Shown here: in pieces, positions 9,703 through 18,634 of the stretch
Layout of the letters: the number at the start of each line of letters is the position of its first letter
How positions within the stretch are numbered: the first letter of the stretch is position 1
IMG/VR virus record: IMGVR_UViG_3300035698_001735
Span: 32,001 to 96,000 of that record
Length of the DNA stretch: 64,000 nucleotides
DNA from: a virus
Direction: 5' to 3' (one strand)
Program-made: the position numbers and the translations under genes
Notes under the pieces: generated by a model
The model's input: only the letters and a program-made list of their open reading frames with translations
The model's database searches: none
Told to the model about the DNA's origin: nothing

Positions 9703-10607
9703 ATTATCAAAAAATTTACAATAACTTAATGAAGAATGCCACAAACAGAAAATTAGATCCTTTAGAGTATTATGAAAAACATCACATAATTCCTAAATGT
9801 CATAATGGATCTAATTTAACTAGTAACTTAGTTAACTTGTTAGGAAGAGAGCATTTTATCGCCCATGCGCTATTAACTAAAATTTATCCGCAGGATAAGA
9901 AAATAGCAAATGCGTTTATTATAATGGCAGCAAATAAAACAGGAAAGAGATATATTAATTCTTACTTGTATGAAAAACTAAAGAGGCGATTTAATCATTT
10001 ATATTCAGGCACTGGCCACCATTTGTACGGTAAAACACATACAAACGAAGCCAAACTAAAGATATCAAAAGCTAAACAAGGATCAATTCCTGTAATTGAC
10101 AAGGATGGTAATAGATTTTGTGTTAGTAAAGAGGATGAAAGATACATTAACGGAGACGTAGTGCATCATTCAACAGGAAGAAAAATGTCTAAAGACGAAC
10201 TCATTAATCACAGAAAGTTACGGTCTGGCAAAAAGAACCCAAACGCAAATCCTATTACTGACGATGAGATTGTAGCACACGGTATAAGTTTTTTAAATCA
10301 GAGTAATAGTGTATGGTGCAAAAAGGATTGGATAGCATATTGTAAAGATAATAATATACCGATTACATATACTAGTATGAGATTTAATGGAACGGGATAT
10401 AATGGCTTAGTTGATATTATTAAAAACAGCGTACATACTTTTAGAAAAATAAATAAAAAGGACTATGCTCACAAAATACAAAAGACTAATCTAGAAAAGA
10501 AAAAACATTGGTATTATAACAGTGATATTAAACAAACAAAATTATTAACAGAGGCCGATGCAGCACATAACGGTTGGACACTAGGAAGGAAATTAAAATG
10601 GGATTAA
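9699..10607 (+). mobile_element. Free-standing HNH homing endonuclease (MobE-like) between nrdA halves
   Basis: YQKIYNNL..EKHHIIPKCHNGSN..NLVNL..REHFIAHALL; NUMOD3-like HLYGKTHTNEAKLKIS; AT-richer than flanks. Confidence 0.9.
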
Positions 10608-11692
10608 AAATAAAATATTTAGAAGAAGAAACACCAGTATATGATATAACTGTAGAAGATAATCATAACTTTTTTGCAAACGGAATATTAGTACATAATT
10701 GTCAAGAGATTACGTTGCCGACTAAGCCAGTTAATCACATTGACGACAAAGAAGGCGAAATTGCTTTATGTATTCTCAGTGCAATAAATGTAGGATTGCT
10801 AAAGTCATTAGCTGACTTAGAAGACTTATGTGAACTAGCTGTGCGAGCACTTGAAGAAATTATTGACTACCAAAACTATCCAGTATTAGCTGCTGAAATT
10901 TCAACCAAGCGCAGGCGCTCGCTCGGAGTAGGCTATATTGGATTAGCGCATTACTTAGCCAAGAATCACGTTAAGTATGAAGACGAAACTGCATGGAAAT
11001 TAGTACACGACTTAAGCGAAGCTTTTCAATACTACTTGCTTAGGGCGTCAAACAAGTTAGCGCAAGAACGCGGAGCATGCGACGCATTTGGCAACACCAA
11101 GTATGCAGATGGTATATTACCGATTGACACGTACAAGAAAGACTTTGACGACGTTGTTCCTAACGTACTAAGCTACGACTGGGAGGCATTGCGCAAACTT
11201 ATACTAGCGCATGGATTGCGTCACTCTACACTGTCGGCGCAAATGCCATCGGAAAGCAGCTCGGTAACATCAAATGCAACTAACGGCATTGAGCCACCAA
11301 GGGGATACTTGTCTGTTAAGAAATCTAAGAAAGGTCCTCTTAAACAGATTGTTCCGCAGTACCAGACACTAAAAAACCATTACACGTTGTTATGGGACAT
11401 GCCAAATAACACAGGCTATTTTAACATTGTTGCAGCTATGCAAAAGTTCTTTGACCAAAGCATTAGTGGCAACTGGAGTTATAACCCAACACAGTTTGAA
11501 AACAACGAAGTACCAATGTCAGTTATGATGCGAGATTTACTTACTACTTACAAACTAGGCCATAAAACAGCATACTATCAAAACACGTACGATTATAAGA
11601 CAGACGACGATATAGTAGATGAACCAGAAGCAGTGTTGCCAGAGGATACAAACGAAGACGACGACGAAAACTGCGATGCATGTAACATATAA
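10598..11692 (+). CDS. nrdA: C-intein (34 aa) fused to C-terminal part of RNR alpha subunit
   Basis: MGLKIK..PVYDITVEDNHNFFANGILVHN|CQEITLP; LCILSA, PSESSS..NATNGIEP, TAYY, C-terminal CDAC; SD AGGAAGGA before 10598. Confidence 0.95.
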   Translation: MGLKIKYLEEETPVYDITVEDNHNFFANGILVHNCQEITLPTKPVNHIDDKEGEIALCILSAINVGLLKSLADLEDLCELAVRALEEIIDYQNYPVLAAEISTKRRRSLGVGYIGLAHYLAKNHVKYEDETAWKLVHDLSEAFQYYLLRASNKLAQERGACDAFGNTKYADGILPIDTYKKDFDDVVPNVLSYDWEALRKLILAHGLRHSTLSAQMPSESSSVTSNATNGIEPPRGYLSVKKSKKGPLKQIVPQYQTLKNHYTLLWDMPNNTGYFNIVAAMQKFFDQSISGNWSYNPTQFENNEVPMSVMMRDLLTTYKLGHKTAYYQNTYDYKTDDDIVDEPEAVLPEDTNEDDDENCDACNI

Positions 11693-11701
11693 GGAATAAC
11701 A

Positions 11702-12805
11702 ATGGCAAAGACAGTATTTAATAGAAACAAAGTTGACTTCACTAAAGAAAATATGTTCTTTGGTGAAGATCAGAACACACAGAGATACGATACATTTAAG
11801 TATCCTGTGTTTGACAAACTAAACCAAACAATGCTTGGATACTACTGGAGACCAGAAGAAGTCAGCTTACAAAAAGACAGAAGTGACTTTCAAAACTTTC
11901 GACTAGAACAGAAGCATATATTTACAGCAAATTTAAAGTACCAGACGTTACTAGACAGTGTGCAAGGCCGAGGGCCTTGTTTAGCTTTCTTACCTTATTG
12001 TTCACTACCGGAGCTAGAGGGTTGCATCGTAACTTGGGACTTTTTTGAAACCATACACTCACGCTCATATACATACATTATGAAAAACGTGTATGCTAAC
12101 CCAAGCGAAGTATTTGACACTATCTTAGACGACGAGCGAATATTAGCTCGTGCTAAGAGCGTAACTGAAAACTATGATAAGTTTATGCGCGTAGCAGAAG
12201 ACTTCTTCTATAGAGGCAAGGGCACGCTTAGGAACCTTAAGAAGCAGTTGTTTCTCGCAATGATGAATGTAAACATACTCGAAGGATTACGCTTTTATGT
12301 ATCATTTGCTTGTACGTTTGCATTTGGCGAATTAAAATTAATGGAAGGTTCTGCTAAGATCATATCTCTTATTGCACGCGACGAATCGCAGCACTTAGCA
12401 CTAACAACACACATACTTAAGATTTGGATGAAAGGCAAAGACGATCCGGAGATGGTATCTATTGCAAAAGAGTGCGAAGAAGAAGTTTATCAAATGTGGC
12501 GCGATTGTGTGGCAGAAGAAAAAGACTGGGCTGAATATTTGTTTAGAGATGGGTCTATTATAGGACTTAACGACAAGCTGTTACATCAGTATGTCGAGTA
12601 CATTGCTAACCGTAGATTAAAAGCATTGGGCTACGATGCTATATTTGACGCACCGCAAAATACTAATCCTCTTCCGTGGACACAACATTGGTTAAGCTCA
12701 AGTGGCTTGCAATGCGCTCCTCAAGAAACGCAAATCCAAAGTTATATCATAGGTGGCATTAAACAGGACATTAAAGAAGGATCACTTAAAGGATTTGTAC
12801 TATAA
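11702..12805 (+). CDS. nrdB: Ribonucleotide reductase class Ia beta subunit
   Basis: WRPEEV, LDSVQGR, ETIHSRSY, LEGLRFYVSFA, IARDESQH, APQETQ. Confidence 0.95.
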   Translation: MAKTVFNRNKVDFTKENMFFGEDQNTQRYDTFKYPVFDKLNQTMLGYYWRPEEVSLQKDRSDFQNFRLEQKHIFTANLKYQTLLDSVQGRGPCLAFLPYCSLPELEGCIVTWDFFETIHSRSYTYIMKNVYANPSEVFDTILDDERILARAKSVTENYDKFMRVAEDFFYRGKGTLRNLKKQLFLAMMNVNILEGLRFYVSFACTFAFGELKLMEGSAKIISLIARDESQHLALTTHILKIWMKGKDDPEMVSIAKECEEEVYQMWRDCVAEEKDWAEYLFRDGSIIGLNDKLLHQYVEYIANRRLKALGYDAIFDAPQNTNPLPWTQHWLSSSGLQCAPQETQIQSYIIGGIKQDIKEGSLKGFVL

Positions 12806-12808
12806 TTT

Positions 12809-13183
12809 ATGATGATTGATGCCAATGTTCCAGAGCTAACTAATTCAGCGTTGAAAGACGCAATGAATAAGCTTGGGTGTCCTAATGCTGTCATGGTTAA
12901 TATAGTTCCGAGACCGTTTACCCAAGTGAACGAATGCCATGCCAACGTAGCTAAGCAAGTTGCTATGTATGGAGGTCAGCAGATACAAGGCTATTACATT
13001 GCAGTTAGTGCGTCAACCGCAGATTGGGTAGCTATTAAGCACAGTGTATGGAAGCGCGACAATGAATACATTGACATAACTCCAGTTGACGACAAAAGAA
13101 CATGTAATGTATTCATATTCGGAGTTGACAAATTACACAAATCCATTTATAATAACAATAACAAATTGGAGTATGAAGTATGA
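12809..13183 (+). CDS. Hypothetical protein
   Basis: ORF with CHANV..HSVW..DITP possible catalytic triad-like motif. Confidence 0.6.
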   Translation: MMIDANVPELTNSALKDAMNKLGCPNAVMVNIVPRPFTQVNECHANVAKQVAMYGGQQIQGYYIAVSASTADWVAIKHSVWKRDNEYIDITPVDDKRTCNVFIFGVDKLHKSIYNNNNKLEYEV

Positions 13184-13434
13184 GAGCAGTAGTATGGAGT
13201 AAGACAAACTGTCCGTATTGTGTTAAGGCAAAAGCAGAACTTAGCAAACACAGCATCGTGTATGAAGAGCGTGCAATTGGCGAAGGATGGGACAGAGACC
13301 AGTTACTGGAAGCTGTTCCAAATGCCAAGACAGTACCGCAAATATTCATAGACGATGTCTACGTCGGAACATATGATCAGCTAATGACTTTCGTTGCAAC
13401 CAATATAGACGAGCAACAGCCGTTAGCGAAATAA
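13180..13434 (+). CDS. grx: Glutaredoxin
   Basis: CPYC and TVPQIFI motifs next to nrdAB. Confidence 0.92.
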   Translation: MRAVVWSKTNCPYCVKAKAELSKHSIVYEERAIGEGWDRDQLLEAVPNAKTVPQIFIDDVYVGTYDQLMTFVATNIDEQQPLAK

Positions 13435-13453
13435 CTAATATAAACAGGAGAAC

Positions 13454-13747
13454 TTGATGTTAATAGAGAACAATGTAAAAAAGGGCGACGTAATGACAAT
13501 TAAACTTGTAAGCGGCGAAGAAATCATCGGGCGCTTTGTGTCGCAGGACGACTTAGTTTTTACTGCCGAAAAGTGTAGAGTTATGGTACAAGGCCAGAGT
13601 GGCGTAGGCATTGCACCATATGCAGTTTCTATACATCCTGACACAACGTTACCTTTCAATAAAGTAACAGTGGTAATCATAGCCGAGACCGAGCCAGAGA
13701 TGGCAAAGCAGTACAGCAGCGCAACTTCAAGCATCCAACTAGTATAA
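13454..13747 (+). CDS. Small conserved phage protein (Sm-like beta fold candidate)
   Basis: TIKLVSGEEIIG motif; AGGAG SD. Confidence 0.65.
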   Translation: MMLIENNVKKGDVMTIKLVSGEEIIGRFVSQDDLVFTAEKCRVMVQGQSGVGIAPYAVSIHPDTTLPFNKVTVVIIAETEPEMAKQYSSATSSIQLV

Positions 13748-14553
13748 TGGCAATTGATACGGCGGCACTAGACAGTGCATTAGACATATGCGAAAAAGGA
13801 ACTGGCACTTTATTAGAGGAAACAGGATCAGCTTGTGACTTACTGAGTAGCCTAGGCGGATTAGTAAACGGCGGCCTGCCAAGCTTGCCAGACGTGCCAA
13901 GCTTACCGACTCCTGAGCTGTTTGGTACAGCTAAGGTACTAGCCGAAAATGCTATGAAAGCAGCCACTGAAGCAATTGCTGACGCTAAGGCAAAGATTGG
14001 CGAAGCGAAAGCACTAATATCAGGTGCATTAGACGCAGTTAACGCTAAAATTAGTGAATTAGAAGTTGCCCTTAATGCAGCAATTGGGCCTTTAAAGATA
14101 GCAATACAAGACGTGATAGATCAGCTAGAAACAGCAGGCAACGAAGCAATGGCTACCCTATCAGCAGCAGCTACCGCAGTAGGTGATACAGTAACCGAGG
14201 CTATAGCTGACGTAAAAGAGTCAATTTCAGGCATAGGCGGTGGTATTTCAAAAGCATTGAAAAGCATGTCTATACCAAGTTGCCCTACTGCAACAAGTGC
14301 GTTGGCTTCTATAGGAACTGGCGTCTCGGACGTAGCTGATAAGTTAAGTGGATCAATTGGCGGAGGCATTGGCGCAATAGGCGCAGCCGCTACAGCGGGG
14401 TCAGACGCATTAGCTGACGGTTTATCTGGCGTTGCAGGCGCAGTAACAGCAGCAGTTGGCTCTTCAATAGGCGGCATGAGCGACTTAGCTACTGGTGCAT
14501 CTAGTTCACTTACTGGATTACTTACTAACCCTTTATACAACATACCAGTATAA
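13747..14553 (+). CDS. Ala/Gly/Ser-rich helical protein, probably virion-associated
   Basis: Coupled to PAAR-like gene; composition. Confidence 0.6.
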   Translation: MAIDTAALDSALDICEKGTGTLLEETGSACDLLSSLGGLVNGGLPSLPDVPSLPTPELFGTAKVLAENAMKAATEAIADAKAKIGEAKALISGALDAVNAKISELEVALNAAIGPLKIAIQDVIDQLETAGNEAMATLSAAATAVGDTVTEAIADVKESISGIGGGISKALKSMSIPSCPTATSALASIGTGVSDVADKLSGSIGGGIGAIGAAATAGSDALADGLSGVAGAVTAAVGSSIGGMSDLATGASSSLTGLLTNPLYNIPV

Positions 14554-14849
14554 TGAGAGGTGTAGCTAGAATGGGCGATCGTACTTCGGGCACATGCTCA
14601 GTACACGGGCAGCAAAATGGTGTTATAGTAACAGCATCGGCTGACAACATTGCTGACAACGGCATGGGAGTAGCCCGGGTTGGTGATTTAGTACAAGCTG
14701 ATTGTGGTCACCAAGCTAGTATTATAACAGGCGATAGCACACACAAGGTAAATGACAAAACAGTAGCTCGTCTTGGATCAATAGTGCAAGGCGACTTATA
14801 TACAGCAACAGTAACCACCGCATCTACAAAAAATATTGTAAATGATTAA
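14553..14849 (+). CDS. PAAR-like baseplate spike protein (gp5.4-like)
   Basis: Three repeats VARMGD / VARVGD / VARLGS with C..H, CGH. Confidence 0.8.
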   Translation: MRGVARMGDRTSGTCSVHGQQNGVIVTASADNIADNGMGVARVGDLVQADCGHQASIITGDSTHKVNDKTVARLGSIVQGDLYTATVTTASTKNIVND

Positions 14850-14870
14850 CCACAACTAAAGGAAGTAAAA

Positions 14871-15047
14871 ATGTCAACACATGAAGAAATAGTACAAGCA
14901 TTCAACAACTACTTAAAAGAGTCAGAAACATTTGAAGATAAAGGCGTAAAAGCAGCAGCAGCTCGCACACGCAAGGCACTTGGCGATTTGGGCAAACTTA
15001 CTAAAGAGCGCCGCAAAGAAGTACAAGATAAAAAGAACGGCATGTAA
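14871..15047 (+). CDS. Small histone H1-like (Hc1-type) basic protein, not in ORF track
   Basis: MSTHEEIVQAFNNYLKESETFEDKGVKAAAARTRKALGDLGKLTKERRKEVQDKKNGM; AAGGAAG SD; followed by terminator. Confidence 0.75.
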   Translation: MSTHEEIVQAFNNYLKESETFEDKGVKAAAARTRKALGDLGKLTKERRKEVQDKKNGM

Positions 15048-15068
15048 CATAGTGTTACACTGATATTA

Positions 15069-15101
15069 AAATGCTTACTGTAAAAGGTAGGCATTTTTTT
15101 T
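15069..15101 (+). terminator. Intrinsic terminator
   Basis: AATGCTTAC-TGTAAAAG-GTAGGCATT followed by T run. Confidence 0.7.
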
Positions 15102-15102
15102 C

Positions 15103-15131
15103 TTGACATTTTCTGCTTACTACTATATAAT
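15103..15131 (+). promoter_or_regulatory. Sigma70 consensus promoter, probably leaderless
   Basis: TTGACA-17-TATAAT; ATG at 15138. Confidence 0.8.
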
Positions 15132-15137
15132 GCTTAC

Positions 15138-15446
15138 ATGAACTACAAACTTTTTATAGACGACATACGCGACCCAGCAGACGATACTTGGATAATTACG
15201 CGATCGTCGGAAGAAACAATACAAAAGATGCAGCATGACGGGTGTCCGCAACTAATATCATTTGATCACGACTTAGGCGGCGACGATACTGCTATGCGTG
15301 TAGTTAACTGGATGATTGAAACAGACTTAGACGCAGCTAGTAACTTTATACCTGCAGACTTTGCATTTAAAGTGCATAGTGCTAACCCAGTCGGTGCTGC
15401 TAACATACAATCAAAATTACAAAATTACATTAACGTAAGGAATTAG
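15138..15446 (+). CDS. Cyclic-phosphate-processing receiver-like (cREC) protein
   Basis: LFIDDIR, ISFDHDLG, VHSANPVG motifs. Confidence 0.7.
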   Translation: MNYKLFIDDIRDPADDTWIITRSSEETIQKMQHDGCPQLISFDHDLGGDDTAMRVVNWMIETDLDAASNFIPADFAFKVHSANPVGAANIQSKLQNYINVRN

Positions 15447-15447
15447 T

Positions 15448-17105
15448 ATGAGCAAAGCAACAGGCGAAATAGTACAAATAGGCGAACGTCGACACTGCAA
15501 TTATTCAGGACACTGGAAGAAACACAAGTCCTTAATTAACGCATGGGCCGAAGGCGCATACATTCGTAACGTAACTAAAAGGTTGACGTTCTTTAACTCT
15601 CTTCCTAACTGGAACGACGACGACGAGTTTGAGATATATACACTTAAATCCGACACAGAAATTGAAGAGGCAAAAATACAAGAATTACAGGATAAAAAAG
15701 TAGATCTACTAAAAGAAATTAATGACATAGATGACATTATCCGCCGCCGTAAAAAAAGTTTTGCCTCTTTGACAGGCTCACGCGATGAATAAACAATTAG
15801 AGGATTTTGCAAGATCACAGCTAAAAGAAGGACTTGCACATCTACCTGAAAGTAATCAGCTTATATTTAAGCGCATGTACGGCCATCTTGACGTATCTAC
15901 TGATATTAATCAAGTAGTTGACAAGATGCCAGTAGATACCTTAGACTGGGCTATGCAACAAGTCACCCGAAGTTTAAAAAAGGCACAGATATGAAAAAGC
16001 AAACAGGTTTTACACTAATTGAATTTTTAATAGTTTTTTTTATTATGGGAATCTTATTATCAGTCATGGTGTCTTGGTCGGGTGCCTTATGGGAACCGGA
16101 ACCCGACCACATTGATGATAATAAAAGAGCTCAACCTTCAACAAACCACAGTGAACGACTCTGGTTATATACTAAGCAAAATGTTCCTTACTTTGAGGAG
16201 TGCATAAAAGGGCAGCTATTTTACGTAACTAGCAGCACCCACTCAAAGTTGCAAATGGCTGGTCCAGTGGGAAATTGTAGATCATGAAACACACTAAACA
16301 AGGAGTATACTATGGGTCTTGAAATGGGCAGAGCATACGCCGAGCTAGCTCGACAAGAACGCATCGAAAGAGGCGAGCCTGATCCAGCTACGCAGCCTCC
16401 TGCAGACAAAATATTACAACGTAAAATGATCATGCTTGAGAAAAGATTAGAAGCAGAAAAGGCAGCTTATGCGTACTTTACTGAATGCGACATTGGATTA
16501 GAACGGGAACAAGCATACAACATATACGAAAATATTAGGAACGCAACACGACTGTAGGAGCTTACTGTGAGTAGACATATTCTTAAATATGAGTACGACA
16601 ACGGAGTGAAACTCGAACTGCCTATTTATTGGTGCAGTCAGCTTGCTTCTAAAAGCGACTGGGCATTTATTGACATTGATCATGCTGCACTTTCAGTAGG
16701 CGGCAGCGTTGCCCCTTGTAAAAACTGTATCAAAGCCGTTATAAAAGAACTTCAAAAAGAACTATAGAGAGTATAATGACAAATAATGAATTAACAACAG
16801 AAAAAACAAACAGAGGATTTACTATTGGTAAATTCGTCGATAGATACGATGCCAAATGTAGTATTCAAAAAAGCAGCCTGGCAACAGAGGATGCTATATG
16901 GCTAGGGGTGGATGACCCAGACCCAAAAATTATGGCAAAAGATGCTAGGCAATGGGGCGTTGATACTCTTGAAACTACTGGCTGGGTTAGATACCCTGTG
17001 CCTGATTGCGTGCTTCTTACTACACGGATGCACCTAACACAATCAATGGTTGCTGACTTGTTACCTGCATTGCAGCATTTTGTTAACACCGGAGAATTAA
17101 AATGA
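15448..17105 (+). CDS. Run of small hypothetical early genes (15448-15792, 15785-15994, 16312-16557, 16567-16767, 16776-17105)
   Basis: Tightly packed co-oriented ORFs; no recognisable domains. Confidence 0.6.
15991..16287 (+). CDS. Protein with type IV prepilin-type N-terminal motif
   Basis: MKKQTG|FTLIEFLIVFFIMGILL class III signal peptide pattern. Confidence 0.7.
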   Translation: MKKQTGFTLIEFLIVFFIMGILLSVMVSWSGALWEPEPDHIDDNKRAQPSTNHSERLWLYTKQNVPYFEECIKGQLFYVTSSTHSKLQMAGPVGNCRS

Positions 17106-17734
17106 AAATAAAGATAGGAAAATATCCATACCGGTTGGTATGCAACATACACACGAGTTATATTAATCGTAAATACGGGTTTGGTAAAGAACCCGAAGTG
17201 CAGAATAAGTTTGAAAACTTTGTTGAGTTTGTTGAAGAGGCTGTACAGCACATTTACAATGTTGCCAATACAGTTTACTTTGATCGACGCAAGCAGAAAG
17301 TTAGCATTAAAATAGACACGTGGGACACATGGTCTATGGACCACACGCTGGCTCCTATTATCTTAACAATGCTCAAGCAGCTAAAGGAAACTAAGCATGG
17401 TTCTCCTCATGTAAACGAGGATGACGTTCCTATAAACCTAAGAGATACACCCGAAGAGGCAAAAGCTGCCGGCAACGGTACAACAGATAAGTTCTGGCTG
17501 CGATGGGACTGGATAATGGACGAAATGATATGGGCCTTTGAACAAAAAACTCTTGATGACTGGGAAGAGCAATATTACGAATACAAAGATGTCCAAGAAG
17601 ATCCCGAAGACGACGAAACAATGTTTGGCATAAAGCTAATATGGCGAGACGAAGCAGGACGCAAGTTGCACCATAATCGAATGGCAAATGGCTTTAGGTT
17701 ATTTGGCGTCTACTTTGAGTCGCTTTGGGATTAA
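17102..17734 (+). CDS. Conserved phage hypothetical protein
   Basis: KIDTWDTWSMDHTLA..WDWIMDEMIWAF..GFRLFGVYFESLWD. Confidence 0.75.
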   Translation: MKIKIGKYPYRLVCNIHTSYINRKYGFGKEPEVQNKFENFVEFVEEAVQHIYNVANTVYFDRRKQKVSIKIDTWDTWSMDHTLAPIILTMLKQLKETKHGSPHVNEDDVPINLRDTPEEAKAAGNGTTDKFWLRWDWIMDEMIWAFEQKTLDDWEEQYYEYKDVQEDPEDDETMFGIKLIWRDEAGRKLHHNRMANGFRLFGVYFESLWD

Positions 17735-17777
17735 TTGTTCATATCTTAATCCCATACATACTATTATGTATAAATAA

Positions 17778-18410
17778 TTGTTAATCAACTTACGGAGCAA
17801 AGCAATGGCATTTACGTTTTTAATTGGATGGACTATGCAAGACACTTATTACTACGGCTCATCTCGTAAAGATCACATACTGCCAGCTGATCTAGAGAAG
17901 TCATTTTTCCCTTCAACTAATGCGGTTAAGGCATTTCGCAAAGAGAACGGCAAGCCTAACATAGTCCAAGTACGTAAAGTATTCGACAATGCCGACAAAT
18001 GTCGCGACTACGAGAAGAAAGTACTAGACAAGCTAGACGTTAATAACAAAGACAAATGGCTAAACACTAAAACGTTGCCTAGAGGCATACGCACTGGAGC
18101 AACTCACTCGGCAGAATCTAAAGCACGCATGAGCGAGTCGAAGCTTGGCGTTGCTAAAACTCCCGAGCACATTGCTAAAATGCGTAACCGCCCACAGGAC
18201 AACGAACAGCTTACTTGTCCGCATTGCGACAAGACCGGGGATTACAAGAACATGAAGCGTTGGCACATGGATCGCTGTAAACTAAATCCTGCAAGACTAA
18301 CTGATGCAGACGCTAAAGAAATTACTTGCACGCGTTGCGGATACACGGCGTTACAATCACCTAATTTTTACAGACACCACAACGAAAATTGCACACGTGA
18401 ATTATCCTAA
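17778..18410 (+). CDS. Putative degenerate homing endonuclease (Seg/GIY-YIG-like, NUMOD3, Zn ribbons); start may be 17804
   Basis: YYYGSS, WLN, HSAESKARMSESKLG, CPHC..WHMDRC, CTRC..HHNENC; TATAAATA upstream. Confidence 0.55.
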   Translation: MLINLRSKAMAFTFLIGWTMQDTYYYGSSRKDHILPADLEKSFFPSTNAVKAFRKENGKPNIVQVRKVFDNADKCRDYEKKVLDKLDVNNKDKWLNTKTLPRGIRTGATHSAESKARMSESKLGVAKTPEHIAKMRNRPQDNEQLTCPHCDKTGDYKNMKRWHMDRCKLNPARLTDADAKEITCTRCGYTALQSPNFYRHHNENCTRELS

Positions 18411-18634
18411 GCCGCCAACGCCGCCGCTGCACGTAAAACAATGTGCAAGTTGCGGATACACTGATACTGCTGACACGTACAAGCATACATGCTGGTACGG
18501 AATTTCGTTAATAGGTTCTATTGTGTGTGTACTACCAATAATACTTGTATTGACTATAGGAGGTAATTAGGATAAAAACAATTATACACATTAATCGCAC
18601 AGTTATTCAGCGTAATGAAAAAAATAAGACCTCA

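Noticed and set aside
9642..10598. Group I intron in nrdA
   Set aside because: No room for an intron core (56 nt before the HNH ORF, overlap after it); split-intein motifs explain the layout
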